A stretch of DNA of 64,000 nucleotides. Source: Methanotrichaceae archaeon (lineage in GTDB: Archaea > Halobacteriota > Methanosarcinia > Methanotrichales > Methanotrichaceae). Position numbers and translations under genes: made by a program. Where the stretch lies: positions 34,560 through 98,559 of the forward strand of contig CAVVKN010000021.1 of assembly GCA_963748825.1 (NCBI GenBank). The letters run 5' to 3'. Every line of letters begins with the position of its first letter. The stretch's first letter is position 1. This document shows positions 51,289-62,200 of this stretch, in pieces. The notes below the pieces were generated by a model. The model saw only the letters and a list, made by a program, of their open reading frames with translations, had not been told where the DNA came from and did not search any database.

Positions 51289-52212
51289 ATGCCTTTAAGC
51301 CAGAACGACATCCGAGCGCTTGTCCTCATCACCGGATCTAAAGAGCCGATGAATCCCCGCACCCTCCAGGCGGAGCTGGGGCTTCGCAGGGAGACCGTCT
51401 CCCGGCTCATAACTCACCTGGTGGAGATGGGACTGGCAGAGCGGAGAGGGCGTGAAGTCGTCCTAGCCGGCACGCCCCCGGCAGAGGCCTTCAAGAAGCT
51501 CTACTTCAGCCACCGGGCCTCTCCTCTGCATAAGATCCTCTCCCTCCGGCGGGTGGAGCTGCTCGCCAGGCTGGACCGGACCCCCAGGAGCCTGGAGGCT
51601 CTGGCCGTGGAGACGGGCATCCCCAGTGATACCCTGTACGGCTATCTGAAGGGCTTTCTCTGGGTGGGCATCGTCAGCCGCTCCAAGCAGGGCAAGGCCT
51701 ATCTTTTCTCCTTCAACTACATCATCTGGCCGGAACTAAAGGAATTCGTTACCTCACTTCAGGAATATCAGGTCCTGCGCCTCGTCCCTCGTGAGGCTCT
51801 GCTCATCAAGAGCTACGAGACAAGCGTGCTCTTCAAGAGCCTGAGGCCGCAGGATGCCACATTCACCTCCTTTTCCGCCTACGAGGATTACGGGATCGAG
51901 CTGGGGCTGCGGGATAATTACTACACCCTGCCCAAGAGGGAGATGTCCATCCAGGAGGTTTTCATCCATTTCCTGGATTCGGCAGGGGAGTTCTCCCAGA
52001 AGCTTTTTTGCGTGCTATTCTATCTGAAGAACAGAGATAAATTGGAGGCTATCGATCATCCCATGATGAAAGATCTGAACGCAGTGCTGCAGGGCGAGAA
52101 GATCAAGGGCTATCCAACCCTGGAAGATATCGAGGACAGGACAGATCTCTATGATATTCCCATAGGCGACAAAATATCCCTTTTGGCCTCTGAATACCAC
52201 GAAAGACGATGA
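51289..52212 (+). CDS. Tandem winged-HTH protein (AbiEi-antitoxin-like)
   Basis: Two wHTH segments (LGLRRETVSRLI.HL.EMGL; LAVETGI...TLYGYL), C-terminal TSFSAYEDYGIEL. Confidence 0.75.
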   Translation: MPLSQNDIRALVLITGSKEPMNPRTLQAELGLRRETVSRLITHLVEMGLAERRGREVVLAGTPPAEAFKKLYFSHRASPLHKILSLRRVELLARLDRTPRSLEALAVETGIPSDTLYGYLKGFLWVGIVSRSKQGKAYLFSFNYIIWPELKEFVTSLQEYQVLRLVPREALLIKSYETSVLFKSLRPQDATFTSFSAYEDYGIELGLRDNYYTLPKREMSIQEVFIHFLDSAGEFSQKLFCVLFYLKNRDKLEAIDHPMMKDLNAVLQGEKIKGYPTLEDIEDRTDLYDIPIGDKISLLASEYHERR

Positions 52213-52396
52213 AAGGATCACGCCCACATAATCTACCGGATCGGTCTTCCAGTAGGCATTGTACCAGAACCGCCAGCCATCTTCTCTCTGCCAGCGCTCC
52301 AGAGCCGCCAGACCCCATTAGTCGTGAAGATGATTGGATTATCTACTGTAAAATTCCTGAAGATATTTAAGCCACAACCTCTATCTTACTACTACC

Positions 52397-53815
52397 ATGG
52401 ACAAATTCGACCTTATCGTCATCGGCTCCGGCGCGGGAACGCATGTGGCCTCTCAGGCCAGTCACGAGGGCCTAAAAGTCGCCCTGGTGGGTCATGGACC
52501 CACGGGCGGCACCTGTCTGAACAACGGCTGCATCCCTTCCAAGATGCTCATCTATCCGGCTGATGTTATCAGGACCATCCAGGATGCAAGAGCCGTGGGT
52601 GTGCACGCCGACGTCAACGAGATTGATTTTCCGGCCATAATGAGCCGCATGCACAAAGTGGTGGATAAAGCGCGCACCAACCTGGAAGAGGCTCTCAAAA
52701 GCAAAGAGAATTTGACCTATTATCAGGAAAAAGCGGAGTTCATCGACGACAATGTTTTGCAAGTGGGAAGCGAGAGCGGCAAGACTATTACCGCTCCAAA
52801 GATTGTAATCGCCTCTGGCGCCCGGGCCCGGGTGCCGCCTATCCCCGGCCTCCTGGAGACGGGCTTTTTGGACAACGTCTCTCTCCTCCAGCTGAAGGCA
52901 TTGCCAGCAAGCCTGATCATCATTGGAGCAGGCTACATCGGCTGCGAATTCGGACACTTCTTCTCTGCCATGGGAACGCATGTCACCATAATAGGCCGCA
53001 GCCCGCTTGTGCTCAAAGGCGAGGATCCGGAAGCGGCAGGATTGGTGCAAAAAGTGCTCTCCCTGTACATGCGGGTGATTACCGGCCATGAGGTAGTATC
53101 CGTGGAGAGAAGAGGCGACAAGAAGGTCGTCTCTGCCAAAAATATGGAGGACGGCAAGATCCATCAATTTGAAGCCGACGAGATCCTCCTGGCCGCAGGA
53201 CGCCGGTCCAACTCCGATCTGCTCCACCCGGAGAAGAGCGGCATAAAGACCGACCGCAATGGCTGGATTATTGTGAATGAGTTTCTGGAGACCAGCAAAA
53301 AGGATATCTGGGCATTTGGTGACGCCATCGGCAAGCACATGTTCCGGCATACGGCCAACTACGAGTCGGAGGTGGTATCTCATAATCTTCTGCGCTCCAA
53401 GGATAAGGATGATCGGGAAGCTGCAGACTACCATGCCGTGCCTTATGCCATCTTCACCCACCCCCAGGTGGCAGGCGTGGGTATGAAAGAAACGGACGCC
53501 CTTGCAGCCGGACTGAAAGTGCTGATCGGGCGGGCTAAGTATATGGATGTGGCCAAGGGTGTGGCCATGGCTGAAGAGCACGGCCTGGTCAAAGTGATTC
53601 TGGAGGAGGAGACGGGTCGCATCCTGGGAGCAACGGTTGTGGGTCCCATGGCGGCGGAGCTGGTGCAGCAGGTGGTCTACCTCATGAACACCGAGTATCA
53701 GGATTTGATGCCGGTTATAAAATCACAGGTAATTCACCCCACTATTAATGAGGTGCTGGTGCGGGCCTTCTCAGAACTGGAGCATCCTTATCATCAGCAT
53801 AGCAGGGGCCAGTAG
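52397..53815 (+). CDS. lpdA: Dihydrolipoamide dehydrogenase family flavoprotein
   Basis: GSGAG, GGTCLNNGCIPSK, GAGYIGCE, HPTINE. Confidence 0.9.
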   Translation: MDKFDLIVIGSGAGTHVASQASHEGLKVALVGHGPTGGTCLNNGCIPSKMLIYPADVIRTIQDARAVGVHADVNEIDFPAIMSRMHKVVDKARTNLEEALKSKENLTYYQEKAEFIDDNVLQVGSESGKTITAPKIVIASGARARVPPIPGLLETGFLDNVSLLQLKALPASLIIIGAGYIGCEFGHFFSAMGTHVTIIGRSPLVLKGEDPEAAGLVQKVLSLYMRVITGHEVVSVERRGDKKVVSAKNMEDGKIHQFEADEILLAAGRRSNSDLLHPEKSGIKTDRNGWIIVNEFLETSKKDIWAFGDAIGKHMFRHTANYESEVVSHNLLRSKDKDDREAADYHAVPYAIFTHPQVAGVGMKETDALAAGLKVLIGRAKYMDVAKGVAMAEEHGLVKVILEEETGRILGATVVGPMAAELVQQVVYLMNTEYQDLMPVIKSQVIHPTINEVLVRAFSELEHPYHQHSRGQ

Positions 53816-53911
53816 ATAAAAGAAGGGTAGCATGCCGGCCATAAAGATCAGAGCCTATTGGCGGCATGCTCCAAGGATTCTCATGCGGTGTATTATAATT
53901 ATAAAGACAGT

Positions 53912-54028
53912 TCAATTATCGTTATGATCCTCCATCAAGTGCAGTTTCAATTCTTCCTTTGATTCAAAGTTCATACGACAGATTTTGCATTTGAACTTGC
54001 CTTCTCGTTTGGATCCGGTGCCGGCCAT
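53912..54028 (-). CDS. C2H2 zinc-finger microprotein (38 aa)
   Basis: FKCKICRMNFESKEELKLHLMEDH; GAGGTG RBS. Confidence 0.75.
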   Translation of the reverse strand: MAGTGSKREGKFKCKICRMNFESKEELKLHLMEDHNDN

Positions 54029-54158
54029 TGTAACACCTCGAATCGTGCGCATCTATTGGAAGTCCTTATTATTTAGTTTTTCGTTGCGATTGGACTAAAT
54101 ACTTTGCAGACCGAATTTAACAAAGCAAAATAAAGAAAAAAAAGGAAAGTGGCGACTT

Positions 54159-54323
54159 ATGGCTCAAAAATATCAATGCACCATTTGCGGATATATTTAC
54201 GATCCAGAAAAAGGAGACCCAGACTCAGGAATAGCCCCAAAAACGCCCTTCGCAGATCTGCCCGAAACATGGACCTGCCCGCAGTGTGGCGCCGCGAAGG
54301 ATGATTTTAAAGAGATAAGATAA
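54159..54323 (+). CDS. Rubredoxin
   Basis: 54-aa ORF absent from the track: [17 protein letters not shown]...F.DLPE.W.CPQCG. Confidence 0.95.
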   Translation: MAQKYQCTICGYIYDPEKGDPDSGIAPKTPFADLPETWTCPQCGAAKDDFKEIR

Positions 54324-55501
54324 TGACGCTCGCAAGAGAGATCAAACCCGGCGTTAAGTGGGTAGGAGCAATAGACTGGGACCGCAGGCTCTTTGATGCT
54401 TTAATTCCCCTGCCCGATGGAACCAGTTATAACTCCTACCTGATCCAGGGCAGCGAGAAGACTGCACTTATTGACGCTGTGGACGAATCAATGGCCGATG
54501 TGCTGCTGGGCAACCTGAGTGCTCTGGGCATTAAGAAAATCGACTACATCATCGCCCAGCATGCCGAACAGGACCATTCGGGAAGCCTTAAACGGCTCCT
54601 TGAGATTTACCCCGATGCCAAAGTGATCGGCTCCGCCAAGTGTCTGGACCTGCTTATGCTGTTTGACCTGGTGAGCAAGGACAGAGTGCAAGAAGCAAAA
54701 GACGGCGAGAAGATCTCTCTTGGCGACAAAAGCCTGGAGTTCATTCATGCTCCCTGGGTGCACTGGCCGGACACGATCTTCACCTACCTGGCAGAGGATC
54801 GAATCCTATTTACCTGCGATTTTCTGGGCTCGCATCTGGCTACCAGCGACCTTTTTGCCGTTGACGAGGCTACAGTTTACAGGGCTGCCAAGAGGTATTA
54901 CGCCGAGATCATGATGCCCTTCCGGCAGAACATCAACCGGCACCTGGCCAGGATTGGGGATCTGCCCATGGATGTCATTGCCACCAGCCACGGCCCGCTT
55001 TACGGCAGGCCCAGGTTCATATTGGATGCTTACCGCGATTGGGCCTCGGATAAGGTGAAAAACCAGGTGGTTTTGCCTTACGTCTCCATGCACGGGTCCA
55101 CCCGCATCATGGTGGACTACTTCGTGGATGCTCTCATCAACAGAGGAGTCGAAGTGAAGCGATTCGATCTCACCAACTACGATGTTGGAGAGCTGGCCGA
55201 GTCTCTCGTGGACGCGGCAACCGTGGTCATTGGCACGCCTACCATTCTGGCCGGAGCGCATCCCCTGGCGCTTTATGCAGTCATCCTGGCCAATGCCCTG
55301 CGGCCCAAGACGAGGTATGCCTCCATCATCGGCTCCTTTGGCTGGGGAGGCAAGATGCTGGAACAGATCACTGTCGCCATGCCCAATCTGAAGCTGCAAT
55401 TATTCGATCCGGTAGTGGCCAAAGGCCGTCCCAAAGAGGCAGATTTCCAGGCCCTAGACCGGCTGGCGGATGAGATCGCAGCCAAACACCAGGAGCTATG
55501 A
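54323..55501 (+). CDS. fprA: Flavodiiron protein (FprA family)
   Basis: GTSYNSYL, HAEQDH, PWVHWPD, FTCDFLG, SHG, SMHGST flavodoxin domain. Confidence 0.93.
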   Translation: MTLAREIKPGVKWVGAIDWDRRLFDALIPLPDGTSYNSYLIQGSEKTALIDAVDESMADVLLGNLSALGIKKIDYIIAQHAEQDHSGSLKRLLEIYPDAKVIGSAKCLDLLMLFDLVSKDRVQEAKDGEKISLGDKSLEFIHAPWVHWPDTIFTYLAEDRILFTCDFLGSHLATSDLFAVDEATVYRAAKRYYAEIMMPFRQNINRHLARIGDLPMDVIATSHGPLYGRPRFILDAYRDWASDKVKNQVVLPYVSMHGSTRIMVDYFVDALINRGVEVKRFDLTNYDVGELAESLVDAATVVIGTPTILAGAHPLALYAVILANALRPKTRYASIIGSFGWGGKMLEQITVAMPNLKLQLFDPVVAKGRPKEADFQALDRLADEIAAKHQEL

Positions 55502-55529
55502 GGCCAATTCAAATCGGTCGCAGACGAAC

Positions 55530-56373
55530 TTGATCGAAACATCCTTTCTCGTCTATGTTTTGGTGCTCCTGGCCACAGGCATAGTCGTGGGATTTGCCTG
55601 TGGCCTGCTGGGCATCGGAGGCGGCTTTCTCATGGTGCCCGTGCAGATCTGGGCTGCTGACCTCTCAAGGAATCGATCCCACCCTGGCCACCAGGATTGC
55701 CTTCGGAACCTCTCTGGCCGTCGTTCTGCCCACGGCCCTCAGTGGATGTCGCGGCCATAGCTGCCGGGGTGTTGTCCTCTGGAGGCCGGGAATCATCATA
55801 GGCCTTTGTGGTATGCTGGGAGGCTTTTTGGGAGGGACCATTGCCACCCATGCTCCAGGAGATCTGCTCAGGATGGCCTTCGGATTTGTGATAATGATGG
55901 CTGCCCTGAGGATGCTATTCGCCCCGAGCCTGCAGCCCGGACAGGCTTCAGGCGAAAGGTCGAGGGAAAGCCTTCTACAGTACATTCTTTGGGGACTGGT
56001 GATAGGGGTTATATCCGGTCTGATTGGGATTGGCGGCGGCGTGATCCTGGTCCCTGTCATGGTAATTGCTATGGGGTTTGGCATGTATCAGGCCATCGGC
56101 ACCTCGTCAGTGACCATTGCCTTCAACGCCGTGGGCGGGGTCCTGGCCTATGTCATTAATGGATGGGGCGTGGCCGGGCTTCCAGTGTACTGTGTAGGCT
56201 ACATCGATCTTCTGCAGTTTGCTCTGCTGGCGGGAGCAAGCATCTTCACCGCCCAGTGGGGCGTAAAGGTCGCTCACAAGCTGCCGGCAGAGAAGCTGAA
56301 GTACATCTTTGTAGTGCTGATGATCTACTTCGGACTGAAGATGATCGGTGTCCTGGGATGGGTGGGACTCTAA
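55530..56373 (+). CDS. TauE/SafE family membrane protein (apparent +1 indel near 55652)
   Basis: Two GLxGIGGG repeats and AxGTS motifs; removing one G in ATCTGGG joins the frames. Confidence 0.85.
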
Positions 56374-56383
56374 AAAAAGGCTT

Positions 56384-57116
56384 TTAGATTATTCCTTTGG
56401 CTCTAAGAGCAGCTTTCATGTCGGACATATCGCTCTTGAGCTCTACAACATCTGTTTTATCCAAGACGCGATCCATTTTCTCATTTAGGCTGGCATTCAT
56501 ATCTTTGACCTCGACGATAAGATCATCCTGTTTTTGCAGCATTGAACCCATCTTTCCATCAATGCGGTCGATCTTTCCGCCGATTGTATCGATCTTTTCG
56601 CCCAGGTTGTCGATCTTTCCGCTCATTGTGTCAACTTTTTCGCCTAGGTTATCGATCTTTCCGCTCATTGTGTCAATTTTTTCGCCAAGATTATCGATCT
56701 TCGCTTCTGCCTAGAGATTCGAGTTCAATTTTTTCCCAAATGATGCCTCTGAGTTCGACATCCGTTTACATGGCCTGGACGTACAGCATCATGCTACCGA
56801 TTGTCTCAACGCCTTTATCCAGCCTGGCATCTGTCTCGTCCTCATCAACAACCTTACCGAACCTGCTAAACTCGCCACCTGCAGGATAATATGATTTCTC
56901 AATGGAGGAGACCTGGATTAGTGTGTTCTTTATATCGATGGCGCTTTCAAACCATTTTAGCTTCTCATCTTCGCCTTCGACGATGATCCTTACCCTGCCG
57001 TCCTCCAGGTTCTCGACTATTCCTTTCAGGCCAAAGGCTTTAGCTGTCTGCATGACTCTCTTTCTATAGCCGACCTTCTGGACCTGGCCTGAGACATAGG
57101 CAATAAGGCGCTTCAT
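56384..57116 (-). pseudogene. Acylphosphatase + coiled-coil gene, disrupted at about 56700-56768
   Basis: SGQVQKVGYR, GIVENLEDGRV, then a stop and a garbled segment of about 65 bp, then KIDNLGE/KIDTMSG heptads ending ALRAKGII. Confidence 0.8.
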
Positions 57117-57231
57117 TCAGTATGGTTTCAGATTTCTTTGTATTTGGCTTTATCCGTGCTGATGACATTGGTTAGCTAAATAAAGGAGGATAACATCCGA
57201 AAATACCGTTCCAACCATAAAGATTGAAGGA

Positions 57232-58422
57232 ATGGATGAGGTCAGCAAAATGGAGTATGTTCTTTCCCCAAAATCAGAGATCGAGAGCAGGATAAAGACG
57301 TTGCAGTCCCAGATGGGCGACATGGATGGCGCGCTCTTATTTCATGCCGTAGATATTTGCTACTTTTCCGGCACCGCTCAGGACGGGCTGGTCTACATCC
57401 CCAGAGACGGCGAGCCCGTGGTGATGATGAAGAGAAGCCTGGAGAGGGCAGTGAACGAATCGCCCCTCGAGGTCCGGCCGCTCAAGAACATGAGAAATTT
57501 AAAATCTGACCTGGGCATCCCGGCGAAGGCCACGGTCGGCCTGGAGATGGATGTGCTTCCCTGCAGCTTCTACTTCAAAGTGGACAAGGCCCTGGAGGAT
57601 GCCAAGTTCGTTGATGTTGCCGAAAAGATCAAGCACATCCGCTCTGTGAAGTCCGAATTTGAAGTTGGCCTGATAAAAGAGGCGGCCCGGATTTTGGAGG
57701 CCGGCTTTTCCTCCGTCCCTGACTTTCTGGAAGAAGGCATGCAGGAGGTAGACCTGATCTGCCGGATAGAGTCGGTGATGCGCTCCATGGGGCATCAGGG
57801 ATCCCTGCGTTTTCGCAGGTTCAACAGCATTGTTCCTCTGGGCCATGTCATGTCCGGAGCGGAGGCGGCCTTCCCCAGCTTCCTGGCCTCGCCCAGCGGC
57901 GGCCGGGGCACGTCTCTGATGTTTCCCCAGGGGGCAGGCTTTGCCAAGATAAAGAGAAATGAGCCGGTATTCGTGGACTGCGTGGGCATCTACAACGGCT
58001 ACATTGCGGATGCTACACGAATTTTCTCCCTGGGCAAGCTGGAGGCGGAGCTGGAAGATGCTTACCAGGCCGCCTGCCAGATCGAGGAGGCTGTGGCCGG
58101 AGAGCTTTCTGCGGGCAGGACGGGAAGGGAGTTGTTCGAGCTTTCCGAGTCGGAGGGAGCAAGGCTCGGCTACCAGGACTTTTTGGGCGGGACCAATGGC
58201 AATAAATGCGGCTTTGTGGGCCACGGCGTAGGGTTGGAGCTGGATGAGTACCCGGTGATCGGGCCCCTGGATCATGCGGTGCAGAGCAACATGACCATCG
58301 CCATCGAGCCCAAGATAATCTATCCTGACAAGGGCGTGCTGGGAATCGAGGACACATTCCTGACCACGACAAACGGAGCCAAGAGCCTCACCAATATGCC
58401 GAGAGATATTTGGCAGGTTTGA
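57232..58422 (+). CDS. M24 family Xaa-Pro peptidase
   Basis: RSVKS..E, GYIADATR, GHGVGLELDE.P, AIEP, GIED. Confidence 0.92.
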   Translation: MDEVSKMEYVLSPKSEIESRIKTLQSQMGDMDGALLFHAVDICYFSGTAQDGLVYIPRDGEPVVMMKRSLERAVNESPLEVRPLKNMRNLKSDLGIPAKATVGLEMDVLPCSFYFKVDKALEDAKFVDVAEKIKHIRSVKSEFEVGLIKEAARILEAGFSSVPDFLEEGMQEVDLICRIESVMRSMGHQGSLRFRRFNSIVPLGHVMSGAEAAFPSFLASPSGGRGTSLMFPQGAGFAKIKRNEPVFVDCVGIYNGYIADATRIFSLGKLEAELEDAYQAACQIEEAVAGELSAGRTGRELFELSESEGARLGYQDFLGGTNGNKCGFVGHGVGLELDEYPVIGPLDHAVQSNMTIAIEPKIIYPDKGVLGIEDTFLTTTNGAKSLTNMPRDIWQV

Positions 58423-58448
58423 AGCGAGTAATATAATCTAATTTTTAT

Positions 58449-59127
58449 TTATCCTGCCAGGGCAAAGTCAGTGATGTTCAGGAACCAGTAGCCGTCCTTG
58501 AAAACGGGATCGCTTCTCGTGATCGTTATCTTCTTTTTGAATATGGGCCCGTCGAGGACAAAGGTATGAAACTCTCCATTCTCACCGCAGGGATCGACAG
58601 TGCTATTGGCCTTTTTCAAATCGTCTAAGAATTCATCATCAATCCTGCGGCCAAGCCACTCCTTTCCCAGAAAACCGTCCCTCACGCTGACCAAAATTAC
58701 CTCAAATCCGGCATCGATGATCTCATTCACGATTTTTTCTGAGTTCTGTTTCCAGAGGGGCAGAATCAGATCGATATCCAGATCATGGCAGATCCTGTCC
58801 ACCAGCGCTTTATGAGTCTCGATGTGCCCGAAAACGGCGGCGTCAATTCTCTCGCCCTGTGCTCGCAGCTCCAGGGCCGCCTTCTTGAACTCCTCCTCGT
58901 AGGAGTGAAAATCCCGCTGCAGGAGAGGAAGGCCGAGGGCTTGGGATTGAGCCCTGGATGAGGGCAGGGTTTAGTTCGTGAGAGCCGGTCTTCTTCAGGT
59001 TGGTGAAATGCAGGAGATGGATGATCCTGTAGCCGTCGTTCATGGCTTTGTAGCAGGAGAGGCAGCCATCCTTTCCGCCCGTCCAGGAGACGACGGCGTT
59101 TTTCTTATTGGCCATATTTGGCACCAT
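58449..59127 (-). CDS. Diphthine-ammonia ligase family (Dph6/DUF71) protein (apparent +1 indel near 58957)
   Basis: SWTGGKD PP-loop, LPLW, DPCGENGEFHTFV.DGP.F; removing one C joins the frames. Confidence 0.85.
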
Positions 59128-59281
59128 GGTTTTGCTTTTAGGGCTCGCGGTTCATCTATTCTTCGGCTGGGAGCATAGCCGAGGCAGTGTTTAAAAGAAG
59201 CGAGAACTAAGGTATTAGTGGCTCATCAGGATATAGAAAGTGATATTTACTCTAGCAGTATCTAAGATCCACGAGGGAAGA

Positions 59282-62200
59282 ATGACCGGATTAACCTGGC
59301 TCCATCTATCGGACTGGCATCAAGGGGAAAAGGATTTTGACCGACAAATTGTTCTTGATGCTCTAATTGATGATATCAAAAACAGAGTTGCCATAGATTC
59401 AAACCTTGAACATATCGATTTTATTGTTTTTAGTGGTGATGTTGCCTTTAGTGGTAAGTCTGAGGAATATATAATAGCCAAAGAGCAATTATTTGAACCA
59501 CTTTTGAGAGAATGCAAAATAGATCCTGAAGGACTTTTTATAGTTCCTGGTAATCATGACCTTGATAGAACACAATTCGATAGGCTACCACAATCCCTTG
59601 CAAATCCTCTAGAATCGGTTGATGAGGCAAAGAAGTGGCTGTCTGATATTGAAAGAAGACCTGATGCATTAAAAATATTCAAAAATTTTGCAGACTTTGT
59701 TAGTCAATACACGAAGCAAGAGAATTCAAATTATTCTAATATTCGCTCGTTGACAGTTGGTGGAAAACGGATTGCTTTACTAGGCATAAACTCAGCTTGG
59801 ATGTGTGCTCGTCGAAAAAACTCCAAAAATGAGATAGATGATAAGGGCGTAGTTGTCATAGGCGAACCGCAGATATATGAATCCTTAAGGGATATTTCTG
59901 AATTTGATATAAAAATAGCAGTTCTACATCATCCGTTTGAATGGCTTGCAGAGTTCGAATCCAGCCAAATCAAAAGACGTCTTATTAGTGGCTGCAATTT
60001 CATTCTGCGCGGTCATCAGCACGAACCTCATGTAGAATTAATTCGCAGCTCATACGGAGATTGCATTATCATTCCCGCAGGAGCCAGCTTTAATCATCGC
60101 TCCTATGCGAACGCATATAATTTTGTCCATTTAGATCTCGAGAGCGGTGAGGGGATTATATTCCTTCGATGCTGGAATGGGCGAGACAAATGGAGAGAAG
60201 ATATTGATTCCTATCAAGGAGGAAAATTTTGTTTTCGCTTGTCTTTAGCCACTAACCATTTCCCAACTAGCCAGGTAGAGGAAGATCATAATATCTTGTC
60301 AGGCTCCGATGATGTCCCTTTAGCTAAAAAGTGTGTTGATAAGAAGACCGAACAACCGATGCAAATAGAGACACTTGATGCGCGTTGGGACATCTTGAGA
60401 AAAACTAGCTCACCACCTTTAATTCCAGAATTATTTCTAGCCAACCGTGAGGCTGCATGCGATAAAGTCAAAGAAGTATTTAGCGGCAAAGCACCCAAAC
60501 TAAGGTTTGATACATATTATCCTAATCAGGTGGCGGATTTCATTGCTGCCTACACCGAGACTTTAGATAAAGATACCAAGTCGGATGCTATCAGACGCTG
60601 TTTGATCATCCCATCTGCCGAAGTATGGTGTTATATTGCTGACCTAAGCGATCCACATATTTTGATCGCTGATTTCGATCTTGACAATGGCGTAGGGGCA
60701 AAACTCCTTGATAGAGCTCTCAAGGGACGCCATGCAGTTATTTTTCCAGGATTGTCCGGCGTTATTCCAAGCCCAAACAGAGCACCTCTTCCGAATCCCA
60801 GGAGTAATCAGATTAGAGATGCTCTTGAAAAAGCGGGCCATAATAAGGAGAGAGCTAGAACTTTGGCACAAAAGAGTAACGGTAATTTAGGTTCCCTCCT
60901 TAGGTTGCTCAAAAATCTTTCTGTCATTCCGGAATGGGCTCAAGGGACAGGTACTGGAGAGCTTTCAATCGCTGAAATCCTTGGCAGTTGGAGTGATAAT
61001 TTCGAAGCTGACAAGGCTGTTGTGGAGAGCCTAGCAAGAAAGCCATATGGGGAATGGATCAAGACAATACAGGAAATTGCACAGCGCCAGAATAATCCCC
61101 TTAACCATCGTGATAATACCTGGGAAGTTACCGCACGCTATGAGGGATGGTATGCACTCGGCCCTAAGCTATTAGATGATGATCTAGATCGTTTTAAGGT
61201 GGCTGCTGTTAGGGTTCTGAGAGAGACTGACCCAAAATACGAATTGCCATCCGAAAAGCGAGTTATGGCAAGCATCTATGGAAAAGTCTTGAATCATTCG
61301 TATTTATTGCGGAAAGGCCTCGCCGAAAGTCTTGCGCTTCTTGGCAGTTATCCCGATGCACTAAAATATTGCTCCTTGGGCAGAGCCGAGGCAACTGCCG
61401 TTATAGCTGTACGTGAAATTCTATATAATGCTGATTGGATTTTGTGGGCGAGCTTGGATTATCTACTGCCGCTGCTGGCAGAGGCCGCACCCGGAGAATT
61501 CCTTAACGCTGTGGAGAATGCATTAGATAGTAATCCATATCCCTTCGATACATTATTTGCACAAGAGAAGTCCGGGATCTTTGGCCAAAGTTATATGGCA
61601 GGCCTGCTTTGGGCACTGGAGACTCTAGCTTGGGACTCCAGATTATCTTATCCGCGTGGTTGTTTTACTTGGAGGGCTTGCTGCAAGAGATCCTGGTGGG
61701 AATTGGTCAAATCGTCCTGCAAATTCACTTTCCACAATTCTATTACCTTGGTTACCACAAACATGTGCTTCGGTGACAAAGAGAAAAGCATCAATTGAGG
61801 TACTTAATAATGAACATCCTCAAGTAGCATGGACTCTATTGCTAAGTCTTCTTCCCGAATCGCATGGGGTTTCTCTTGGTTCTCGCAAGCCAGAGTGGCG
61901 AAAGATAATCCCTGATGATTGGCCTGAAGGTATAACCCACCAAGAATATTGGGAGCAGATTACTGCATATGTAGAATTAGCAACAACTATAGCCAAGCGA
62001 GATCTTACAAAACTCGTTGATCTGATTGATCGTTTGGATGATCTTTGGCCAGAGGCTCGAAATCAGATTTTGGCCTATCTCGGATCTGATGCTATTGTCT
62101 TGATGCCAGAAGCTGACAGGGTCAAAATATGGACGCGACTTGTCAATCTGGTTTCGGAACATAGGAAATTTGCTGATGCCAAATGGGCGATGAAACCTAA

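Noticed and set aside
56700-56768. Specific insertion element in the third acylphosphatase gene
   Set aside because: No terminal repeats or target duplication; it cannot be told apart from a low-quality consensus stretch.
52472-58275. Long antisense ORFs (52472..53581, 54806..55399, 57499..58275; also 21381..22148, 49837..50541)
   Set aside because: Shadow frames of well-supported genes on the opposite strand.
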